DNA of 56,367 nt, the filler included, from Sphacelaria rigidula (taxonomy: Eukaryota), in NCBI GenBank assembly GCA_964200075.2. It is 3 parts of 3 records of this genome, joined end to end, with 100 filler letters (N's around TTAATTAATTAA, not from the genome) between each part and the next. Parts side by side here need not be neighbours in the genome. Positions count along the whole stretch, not along the records: positions 18,831 to 37,556 come from CAXNAA020000806.1; positions 37,657 to 56,367 come from CAXNAA020000807.1; 1 more part is not named here. One strand, given 5' to 3'. Shown here piece by piece: positions 37,010-48,000 of the stretch. The notes under the pieces are model-generated. The model searched no databases. It was not told the DNA's origin and worked only from the letters and a program-made list of their open reading frames with translations. A program made the translations under genes and the position numbers. The first letter of the stretch is position 1. Each line of letters starts with the position of its first letter.

Positions 37010-37556
37010 TCCGAGTTTTTTTTCTTCTTCTATCGGCGCAACACTGCTGAGGTTCGAGATCGACAGCTGAACAAAAATTTGTGCGCAAAACTCCGTGCTT
37101 GCCGACCCCCGCCAGTTTGCTAAGCATGGGGGTCAAAAGGTGGGTCAAACGTCCCAAAAGTGAACAATCTGTGGGCCAAAAATCTGTTTGCCATAACATC
37201 CGGCCTGTTATGGCAAAAAGATTTTTGGCCCACAGATTGTTCACTTTTGGGATGTATGACCCACCTTTTGAACCCCAAACCAAGAAACTGCCAACACACG
37301 TCTCGGACACTTTGCATCACCCCACAGACAGGAGCCTTGTCTACTTTTCAGATTCGCTTGGCTCCGAGGTTCTGAGATTGACCGCTGAACAAAAATCCGT
37401 GCGCAAAAATCTGTGCTTGCCTATCCACAGATTTTTGGGCAAACTGGCGGGGGTTTCCAAGCACAGATTTTTTCGCACGGATGTTTGTTCAGCGGCCAAT
37501 CTCGATACCTCGGAGCCGAGGGAATCTGAAAAGCAGACTAGGCTCCTCTCTGTGGG
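37010..37556. repeat. Modular foldback repeat with two adjacent hairpins (37127-37277 and 37321-37556), truncated by the linker
   Basis: Hairpin 1 has ~70-bp arms around tccggcc. Hairpin 2 has ~98-bp arms (cccacaga...tctgtggg). Modules are shared with 31100-31300. Confidence 0.85.
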
Positions 37557-37656
37557 NNNNNNNNNNNNNNNNNNNNNNNNNNNNNNNNNNNNNNNNNNNN
37601 TTAATTAATTAANNNNNNNNNNNNNNNNNNNNNNNNNNNNNNNNNNNNNNNNNNNN
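37557..37656. other. Artificial scaffold linker (N44-TTAATTAATTAA-N44)
   Basis: Exactly 100 nt, identical to 18731-18830. Confidence 0.97.
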
Positions 37657-38302
37657 GGGGTACGTATTTGTTGCTTGCCTTCGTTGTTTGACCATTGACC
37701 GGGGGGGGGTCATGGAAAAAAAATGAAGGAAGTCACGTTTTCTCGCTCGTTGTTGCTGCAATGACGTCAATACCTACTAAGTCTGTCGACAGCGGCGATA
37801 CACACGGTAGTTATGCACCCGTTTCTCCATGTTGTACCGTCCCCGAAATGGGATAGTAATTGTCAGAAAATACGAGCGACTGAAGTCAGACGCACCGGAC
37901 CCCATTGACATCAGGACTTACCTCCCCGACAAGCTTGATACTACTTCAATGTAGATCGCGGTCATCTTCATGCCACAGATGCTTGTACTCAACCCCGCAT
38001 GGGTACAGTCGCGAGCCGTGGTTTTATGGCGTACGTTGCCGACATGTCAATACTGTAAACGAACAGCAATCGCATTGTTACAGCGTCGGCCCTCCCATGC
38101 ACCGTTCGTTGGAATACTCTAGTACCACAGCGTCATACTCTCGGCAAGAACATCATGAGCAGTAGGTTGAAACGGTGTGCAGACTGTTTTCCAGTACTTG
38201 GCTTCAAGGCGGCGTTAATGCAAAAGATATCATACTAGCGACAGCCACGCGACCAGAAACCACGCAGCGGAATAGCTACAACATTTCCCCGCAAATTCTC
38301 GC

Positions 38303-41300
38303 CTGAAAAAATATCAGGATCAAAGCGCCGATGAGCAGCTGCGCGGTCGCTGCTCCAATTAGCTGGGTTACGAGCATTCCAGCAACAAACATCCCGCGTT
38401 CCAAACACTCCACAAATTTCCAGTTTGGTCGAAGCCAGGTGTAGCTCTCGGATAGGCAAAGCAGACCGGAGGTGTCCACAACCGACTCCCAACTGCCCGA
38501 CGAGGGGAGGTGGAGGAGTTGGGTGACGTGAGACGCGTTTCATACAGCAATAGTAGAACTCCGTCGAGAAGAATGCGGTTGCCTACAGAGTTTAAAGCGA
38601 GTGAGACCATGAGGGTACTGTCTGTGAGGACTTCGTGGCGTTCGAGGTACCGATACTGCATTCCCCAAGACAATGTCTGAGTGGAAGTAGAACGATCAGA
38701 GGTCGCGTTGTTCATCAAGCCACATTGTCGCACTAAACGATTAACGGCTTCCTACTGCACGGTTATCGCAAGCCGATACTAGGCAGATCTTTCAGCGAGG
38801 ACAACATCGCTTTAGCCTCTACGTACCGTACAACCACCGGGCTCCGCAAGGGCGATTCAAAAGCAGAAAATGACGACTACCTACAGACGCATGCTGTCTT
38901 CACCATGTGATCTCCAAGCTATGGTCCGACTCGAAATCCGACAGCGCGAGTATATACTCCTCCCGTGCGTTATCACACGCTTCTCTCTCGGCTTCCAATG
39001 CTGACTCCAATCCCATACACGACAATGTCCGGCGGTCAAGATAGTCTCCGAAACAACCTGCGATCGACTGTGCTGCTCTCTGACTACGGTGGTCACGTCC
39101 CTCCCTCGTGATCGTGTTGTTTTCTTCCGCCTTCGCCATGGCAGCTGCTGCAGCCTTAGAAAGAGGTTTATCGGTAGTACCTGGCCTTATCTGTACCGCT
39201 GCCGGTCGCTCTCCTCCACCATCGGCGGAAAATATAGAGCTATGGACTGTTTGGGGGGCGTTCAATAATCCGCTCCCATCATGATTCGGCAAATTCCTCT
39301 CCCTCATCGCCCCCACCCCTACCCTATTGCTATTCTCGTGTTGTTGCTCCCGATCCTTATCAACGTCTATGATTCGAACGGTCTGACCCCCCTTGCCGCC
39401 AGACCCCGTGTGCCCAAATGCACCGCCGCTTTCACTGTCGAACCCCTCAAGCTCCTCATGTTGTATTTTTTTTCGTCGGCGGCGGCGTTGTCGCAGGCAT
39501 GGCAACTTGCGAACGACGGGTACGCGACGTATCCATGTGGAGAGGGCGCGCAGAATTCGTCGCCCGGCTCGACAGGTGATCCGACGTGCTAGCTTCAACT
39601 CTCTCCGACGTCTGGCGAGCCAAAGAGCGTCCTTGAGGGGCGGGTAGAGCGGTCGATCGCCGTAAGGAAATTTCCGTGAGCCGTTTCGAGCATAACCGAT
39701 AGAAAGGCAAAAGGCGGGAGCGACGGGGTGTTCGGAAGCTTGTTTGCTAGGAATTTGTGATCTTGCGCGAGCCTGTGGATAAGAATCGCTGTTTGGTGAG
39801 GTGAGGTGAGGCATTCCCTTAGTAGACAGCACGCGCAAAACCGTACACCCACCCTTGCCTCTCTCGGTCTCTGCTCCGCGATGGTAAAATGCTGCATGCC
39901 GTGATGCTACTGTAATATGAAGGGGTGAATGCAAGCAATCACAGTGTGCGAAAAGAGTGGAATGTCTGACCGACACTTTCTATGATAGCCCCCCCCCAAA
40001 ACCAGCCAAAAGTGTCACGAAAAAACTGAGCATACAGCGCCTGATGCTTGGGTTCAGGCTGCATGAAGCGCCTCATATTGGCAATACTGGCTAGAACGAA
40101 CCCAGTCGTGAGAATTCCCAGCTGCTCGTTGTGCTCGGCTTCTCCCATTTCGATTTACATGAAGGTTTTGCCTCCCAAAACCATGCACTTTATGGGGGGG
40201 GGGCTATCGTAAAAAGTGTCGACCCACATGATTTCCCGAAGGCTAGCTTGCAATGGTCTACGAGTCAGAGGTTAACGTTTTGGTGCCATGCGTTTCATAC
40301 GACCGTATATCTAATTAATTACCTTCGGGAAGGTGTTGAGAGGTAGCAAAGCGGCATGGTGAGCTTCTCTCGCCTGCACGAAACTCCTGATCACGTCGTT
40401 GTTTCTCTCGAACGCGACCACAAAAACACGAACCAAATACCTTCCAGAACGTGCAGTTTACGCGTGTTGTGCTCGCAACGTGAGAAGCTACTAAACTTGG
40501 GGCGACATCTGTGGGCATCGAGAATTTTGCTGTGCAATCAAAATGTCCGAAACAAGAGGATTCACGCTGCGTCGTAGAGATGAATTCATCAGTTTCATGC
40601 GAAGTTACCAACAGAGCTATATTTCGTAATAGGATTTGCACTACATATATATATATGTATATGTCGAAGAGCAAGGCGCGAATATAGACATAAATTAATT
40701 GTTGCGATCGCGAATTCTGCGGCCCATAGCAATCCTCCTAGTCGTACATTTCAGGTCACCTCACTAAGTTGGGCAGTCCGCACGTGTACAGCAGCAAGAG
40801 GCAGGCAGAAAGAGTATGCACGGACACACCGCTCAGGCTAGTGCACTCTAGCACACTATTCTCGATCGTTCCCACAGTCTGTCAGGTGCGGCGACGGACA
40901 AACGCAGAGACAAATAGCAATGACGTAATATAGTAGCACCTCACAATGAGCCATGGACGATGCTGAGGTTGGCATGAGGACGACCCGACCTGGTAGTTCA
41001 TACAAGGCTGTTGTTTCATCATGGGGTGCAGGTAATGTTCACATTATGTTCACAGGACTGTGATCGCCAGCTCTTCGACCTCGAGCTCAAAAATGTGGTA
41101 CTGCAGGTGTCCAAAGAAGGCAGGCAGTGCACATTCTAGCGCTTTCGCTTGGTCGCATCAATGAATGGGGTGCTCAGACATCTGGTGCTTTCGCCACTTT
41201 ACACCACAACACCCCTTGAAATTGCACCAGGTGCGGGGTAAGAATCAACCCGTCCACCATTCCGATCGCCCTCAGATGCGAACCAAAGTGGACAACGGAC

Positions 41301-43351
41301 CAAAGGGGGATAGGGGAAGGGCTAAATAGTTCATGACCTGACCACAGCGTAGCTACCTACTGCGGAGATGACCAACGTGCGAACCAAAGGGGAGGGAGGT
41401 GCAGGCCGAAGGAAACTGTGAGTCTATGGGGGAGTTTTATATTTTAGGGTAGTACCGATGCCTGCCGATCACACACAATACCTGAGGGGGAAACCCTAAA
41501 AAGTAGCACCATGTATGATGATTGAACGGTTTTCGTGAGTCGGGCGCCCAGTTATCATTCCAGTCGAAAATCGGCAGAAGTGCCCGCATGATGCTAGCAG
41601 ATACGGGAACATACGCGAGGTGGAGGAAAAGAAGACACGCTCGGATCTTGATCTTGATCACATGTTTCTGTTGGCCGGGCAGGGTCAAGAGCGTGACATG
41701 CACACAACACGCAAAATGTGGGAACCTGGGGGCGTTGATTGGAGATTCGCGTTCTCATTCGGGAAAGCTCGTCGTGCAAAGCTATCAACATGCGCGGTCA
41801 CTCCCGATAGTCAATCAGAGCTCACACGAGTTTCGAACGACTGATGGAGTGAAACACGTCGACGCTCGGACAACGCGGAGTTCTGTGGGAGCTTGATCGC
41901 TTCGTTGAGATCCAACACTAACGGAAGAATCTAACAGAAAGTCGAAGCACGCTCCCCCCAACACAGCGAAAACTTTGTGTCTCCTTGTACCCACTCACCA
42001 TCGCGATTATGAGCGAGTACTCCACGTCGTGCTTCGTAGCCAGGCGTAGGTTAATGTGCACCAGAAAAGAGAGCCCGACCACAAGCATCCAAGACACCGT
42101 CACCACAGTTCCCCCGACCACTGTTACGGCGGTCACCACGTCGTCGGGGAATACACTCGCGCCGTATTTCATCAAAGTGGCAAAGCTGCCGTACGCCAAG
42201 CACAGGTTAATCACGTAGAGCGGAAGACTGGATCGAAACCAGTGGGTCAGGAACCTCCACTTCCAGGCGGCCTGGGCCTTGTGGCTGGTATAATCCGGCA
42301 TCTGCAGGACAAAGAAGAGAGTAAATACGGCCAGAAACGCAATGCAAACTTCCACCCCGTACCCCACCACGTCGCGGAAAACCCACAAGTCGTGCTCTTG
42401 TTCCCCGAAAGTAAGGGAAAACGCCCGCCCTACACGGCGCAATAGCACGAGCATCGGCCAACGGAGATACCCCGTGGTGAACCATGTCCACCCCCACGTG
42501 CTGAAGAATAGTGGTGGCCATTCGGCGCCTTCGACATCGAGTGCGAGCGCCAACAACTGCAGAAAGCACGCCACTCGTTCGGCTTTAAACCAAAGGGAGC
42601 CTGCGCCAAACATGGAGACGCTACTACCATCCTCTTCTTCTACGGTTGAAGAGTAGTCGTTGTCATTGCATTCCGTAAATTCCGAGTTCGCAGATCCATT
42701 GAGGTGAGCGTCGTCGCGTTTGCCATCTTCTTTTAGGTCTGGTGAATTGTTGTTCGTAGATCCTTCATCGGAGCATGGGATTGTTCTAGGCGTTGGTGTC
42801 GGACTTTCCGGCGGCTTCCTTTCCGCGACACGCTTGAAAATCCCACTCCTGTTGGCGTCCCCCTTTTGAGGACTGGACACCGAGGTTGAATTGTTGGCCT
42901 TTCCGGACGAAAGTGTCGCAACCTCTGCTGAAGTATGCCCCAGCGGGAGCGCGGTGTCATTGCTACTACCGACATTTTGAAGTTCGCTTCTGACATCCTT
43001 TTGCCTGAAGCTCTCGATAGTAAGGGACTGCGAGAAATCAGCGGGTGTTGCGTCACCCGTTGCTTCGGCCCCATGGTCGCTTGGATACCTACCTTTTGTA
43101 CCACCATGCTTTTCCTTCGATATTTGACCTTCTTTGCTCTCCGGGGCCCGACTATCAACAGCCTTGTGCAGATCTTCCGCATCCGCATCATGCTCGATAG
43201 CATCGTCCTGTTCTGGTCTGTTACCGTGGCTTTGAGAGGATGTACTTGGTTTGGTCAACAATAATGACTCTCCTCCGTCCTCCTCAATAGACCCTGAAAA
43301 CCCGGCGTAAACCTTGGGCCGCTTGACGCGCTTGTACTTTTTCACCCTCAT
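38303..43351 (-). CDS. Multi-pass membrane protein of unknown function (disordered N-terminus, multiple TM helices); 3' end continues toward or past the segment edge
   Basis: Phase-consistent exons: 43351-41999 (ATG...; FLQLLALALDVEGAEWP plus hydrophobic helices; donor gtgagt), 41667-41482 (LLFLHLAYVPVS), 40878-40760 (LEC...LLLLYTCGLP), 40386-40323, 39631-38904, 38492-38303 (ESYTWLRPNWKFVECLERGMFVAG...). Further exons are likely near 38197-38127 and 37920. Confidence 0.8.
39971..40221. mobile_element. 251-bp MITE with ~27-bp TIRs (CGACACTTTYTAYGATAGCCCCCCCCC) and apparent 2-bp TSD (AC), intronic
   Basis: ac|cgacactttctatgatagccccccccc at 39969-39997; ggggggggggctatcgtaaaaagtgtcg|ac ending at 40221-40223. 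Confidence 0.8.
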
Positions 43352-44906
43352 GTCGGCAGCGAGTGTTCACGCCCATGCTGACGAGTAAAAAATGCAGACA
43401 AGTAGAGTGGAGAAAGCCAAAGGTCGATATCTAGTGCGACTGTTCTACTTTCACGCGATGTGATGAGCGTTTCCATGCACGTTATGGATTGTACGGGTGG
43501 GTGCACAGGTGTCATCTCATCAAATGGGGTACCGACATGGGCCGGAAAGGTTGATTGGCACATTTACTACAGTAGTAATCTCCAGCTTGGTACCAGACAC
43601 CGGCGGCAAGACACATGCGGCGGACTAACGAATTGAACTTTTACGAATTGCCAGTTTAGTTGTGGCATTTTCGCATCCATGACGGCACAGCAAAAAAGTA
43701 ACGAGAGACAGTGCTGCGAGGGCATGCGCCATCTCGACATTATGATAGGCATGAATCTGCAATTATCCGCATGCCCAACACATAGTTAGCAGCCGAGGTC
43801 TCGTCTACAACAGCCACCACGCTTCACTCAATACGACCTTATCGTCATGTGTACAGTATCCTCATTTCACTAAAGGTGGCGGTGCTCACAGCAGATTTGG
43901 AAGCAGCGTCCTTGCCGCCCGAGCATGGACGCAGGCAATCCATCGCATCTCGGATTATTGCGCGTCTTACGGGCAAGGATGAAGGATTGGTGCCAGGCAA
44001 TAACTCATCGACTGCTACAAAGGCCACACGACGAAACAAGAAGTAACGTATTACTCGTACGAAAAGTTATAACAAAGCTGTGCTAAAACATGACGGCGTC
44101 TTGGCAGGGATTGAGCGTGGTGTACGCTCTCACGCAGATAGCCAAGTGTGTCGTGTGGAATAAGCAGCGCAAGCGAAACCGTCACAACAGTACACAGTGC
44201 AGTACAGCAGTACAGCGGTACGCGGCACGGTCTGCGGTGCAGTATTATGGTGATTACACAAGAATATGACCAAACAAGAACATATCAAGCACTCCTTCGG
44301 CTGCACGATCCGTCTTTCCCTCTTCTCCAGTATCCTTTGGTGCGGTACAATCAGCGTTTATTTCGGGGTTTCGCCGCGTATGGCAATTCGCGTATCTGAA
44401 GACGCAGGCCATTATCTGTCATGTGATTAAATTTTATTGTAGATGACCGTTGCCATTTTTTACGGGTGAACATTTATCCGGTTATTTTTTTCACTGCTCG
44501 GTATAGTATCATCTGTACTGTGGACACGTTGAGAGGCGAGAACCGTACAAGTACTGTGTTTGAAAAAGAGTTCTCCCATATGAAACCAGGAAACAACTGG
44601 ACACACATCCGGCCGCATGGTTGCGCACCGCATGAAAGACACGCCTGCTTTTTACAATAGCGCCTCGCATATTCTGTATAGCTGGAGCCCCTGCTAGCTA
44701 CATCGTGCAAAGCTATCGGGCTCTAACGAAACTCTCGGAGATAGGGAGGGCAGACTGAACAGCAAGCCTCAAGCTCCATACCATTTTCGAAAGGGCCCTC
44801 AGATTTTGAAATCAAATCTCGACAGGAGAACCTACTTCTTCTCCCCAAACAATCCGAACGGCATCGGAGCACCAGACTGTAGAGCAGCGATCCCTGCCTG
44901 CATCCA

Positions 44907-44943
44907 AAACAACAACAGCAACAACAACAGCAACAACAACAAC
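44907..44943. repeat. (CAA/CAG)n microsatellite upstream of the CEP44 start
   Basis: aacaacaacagcaacaacaacagcaacaacaacaac. Confidence 0.8.
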
Positions 44944-45085
44944 GCAGACGACGACCAAAACAACCGACAGGACACCACAACAGAGAACAGCCAACCCACC
45001 AGCACCACAACAGCAAGTACCACACTGCCCTTCAGCCTCCACACATCAGCCATCCCGAACACGTTTGAGCATCGATAACAGCAGG

Positions 45086-48000
45086 ATGGCATCTCACCAA
45101 AACGCAGCCAAGAAGCTGAAAGCCCTGCTACGACGTGTCCATTTCCCGGTACAACGGTTCAAACAGCTACCTCCCGACAACACAAGCAGCACAAGCAGCA
45201 GCAGCAGCGTAAGTAGTGCAAGCTCCACCAGCAGTGGTGGAGGCGGCAATGGGATAAATCCGTGGGATGGTATAGTGGGCGGTGATCCCCGCGCAGCGCT
45301 GATTGTGTTACACTGGACATTGCTGGATATGTCACCTTTGTTCGCGACGTTCCTGCTTGATCGAGACTACGGTGGGCTGCAGAGCTTGCCCGATTTCAAG
45401 TTCGTGACGACGTGCCTCAATATGTTGAGGGACGAGTTTGGCTGCCGGCCGCAGCTCACGGTGAGTATTTCATTCGAGTTTTCGTAATCTCCTCTGTATA
45501 TATTGTATTTTATACACTTCGAAGTACTCGTGTGTGTTGAGGAGGGATGTGGGGTGCTTGCCGATCCCGATCGCGCGCTAGCCGATCTCGACCGAGGAAG
45601 ATTGTGCTTGTATCAAGCTCGTACTCGAATTTATTTCAGGCTTCACAGATGGTTCGAGTTGCCACGTCTCTTGTCGATGACCATCAGGCCAAAATATTTG
45701 AATTTTCGATATGTGCATATGGGAGTACACCATGCTGTGCTCATTATCTCCATCGAAGATTCGGAAACAACGCTGTTTATACCACTGTGCTGGACCTGCA
45801 ATGCATCAACCGACACCAGATCTTGAGAGAGGCTGCTCGTTTCGTACCCAAACCGTGTTCCGACCACATCCAAACCCCCTTCTCGTCTCGTGTTCGCCGC
45901 AGCGCCGCAGTTTTAGTTTGTACCCCATGTAACATACGAGCAGCTTGGCGTGTGCCATAAATTGTATTATAAGCGAATCGGAAGAGTTTCTATGTGATAC
46001 CACGAGTACGCATTATACGCCACATGTGCAACATGAACGGCAACCGTTACCTCTCGAGCCCAAATTTCGTCGAAACTTCGCGCAAGAAGGTAGGATTCGA
46101 TGAGCAGGATGCAACTTATCCCGCATGCCCTGCTCTCTGCATGCTGATGTACGCTTTGGATTAGATCACGCGGGTTATCTTCATGTTACCCTGCATTGAC
46201 TGCGTGCGGGGGTAATGTTCTTTCTTCGAGAGTACGAGGTAGGGAGTGAGGGGGTTGCCATCGGCGTAACATTTAGGGCTGACCGTTTGACTACGAGACT
46301 GCCGTGATGCCAATGCACTGCTTAGAGTATCGAGTTTTGTTCAGGTTGCTCCTCAAGATTCCAAATTGTTCGTCAAAGGTTAGCCAATCAAGGGCTTATC
46401 AAGGGTTAGAAATAACCCTTTGACTGCCAGAGCAGGCCATCCGAGTTTGCATTCATTTTAGTAGTCAAAACGGTGCCGATTCCACAGACGACCCACCCTG
46501 GCGCGGTCGGGTGGTTTGCTGGTGTGTCGAGTCAATATCAACGTGACTTGAAAAATATATGTAAGACCCAGATGACCCACCCTTGATGTAAAAGGGACAG
46601 GGACGGAGCGAATTAGTGCACAACCTAAAGTCAACGGAAACGATGCATGTGTGCAGTTTCTCAGAACTCGAGGGCAAGACAGTTGTAGCTTGCTGTCCCT
46701 TCTCTTCAGAGTTTTCGGGCGTTTCCGCCCGTCTGCGTCCTGTACGCACGCGCGTGTCCCCTTCCCCGTTACCGACTAATCAAGGGTTACTCCGAGTTTT
46801 GAACGGCCGCCTGGGTAGACTGCACCCTTGCACACATGTCCAACATGGGAACAACCTCACATCTCTGAGACCATTTTTAAATGCCCTCTATACTATTGAC
46901 AAAGCAGGCCCGCAGTGCTTAAAGAAATGTTCATGATTACCCCCGAAAACTGCGCGGGCGAGCGGAACGAAATCGTGGATCACTAACATGAGATACGTAT
47001 TCCCCCCCCCCCCCCCCCGGGAGGCCCGGGGGTCCCCGGGGAAAAGAGGAGGCGGGGCGCCAAAAACCACGGGAAAAACCCAGAGACAAGAGCCNNNNNN
47101 NNNNTTTCATGTTTCCCCCCCAAAAGTTCCCGGGCGAGCGGAACCAAATCCTGGACCACCAACCTTGGATACGTATTCCCCCCCCCCCCCCCCGGGGAAG
47201 GCTGTGGTCTCTCGGCGAAAACGAGAAGGCGTGACTAAAGACACCGGAGCTAAAGCCATGAGCCATGACGCTTTCCCATCCACCTTTCGGGGCACCTTGA
47301 CGTCTCTCTTGTGCCGATGTGCTTTTCAATATATTATCCGTGACCAGCGTGTAAGTGTGCTGTCCCACGAACATGCACCCTTGCGCTTCGGTTGATCAAG
47401 AGTTCGTATCTCATGGTGAAATAGCAGGTTTGATTTCCGTATGCAATGGGTACATAACGTCGTAACGGAAACCTAAAAGACCTCCGAGCAGGACCAGCCT
47501 AGAAGCGGATCTATAGGTTGCAGGCCCATTTTCGCCTCAATTTTGAGAGTTGAGCTTTCAACTTGGTTTGGAGAATCGCCATGTTTGTTGTTAGTGTTGT
47601 CATCTCATCTATGCTGGACGCCAGTCTGCACCTTTCGATATAGATATATAAAATATGCAGGTGTGGGCGCATCAGCCGGGGTCGCACAGGAGGAAGGTCA
47701 ACACAGGCGTTTTTTATTTTGTTTTAGTACTATACCTTCCTTCCGCGGTGCTTGCCTTCTTTTTTTTTGCGAGAAGAGTTCGGCAGTCCCTTTTCCTCGT
47801 CGACCATATGCTGTCGAATTATGTGTACCTACGACGTACTCGCTTTCCTCTGTTGAGCATGGTGCGAAAAAAAATCCCAGATCGTGTGACTTCACCGAGA
47901 TTCGAACCAGGACCAACTGAGCCACCAGGGCTATACCCGCACCAGGGGGAACTAAGAAAATTGTCTTTGGGTCTGAGTTTTTTTTGTGAATTAACCCTTA

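Noticed and set aside
43849..44046. Exon-like plus-strand ORF (VAVLTADLEAASLPP...RRNKK*)
   Set aside because: No compatible upstream plus-strand exons were found, and the upstream region is occupied by the minus-strand gene. Unsupported without transcripts.
46935..47200. Direct duplication flanking the 10-N gap at 47095-47104
   Set aside because: Two divergent versions of the same ~80 bp next to poly-C and a gap are best explained as overlapping low-quality contig ends. Similarly poor sequence surrounds the gap at 19735-19744.
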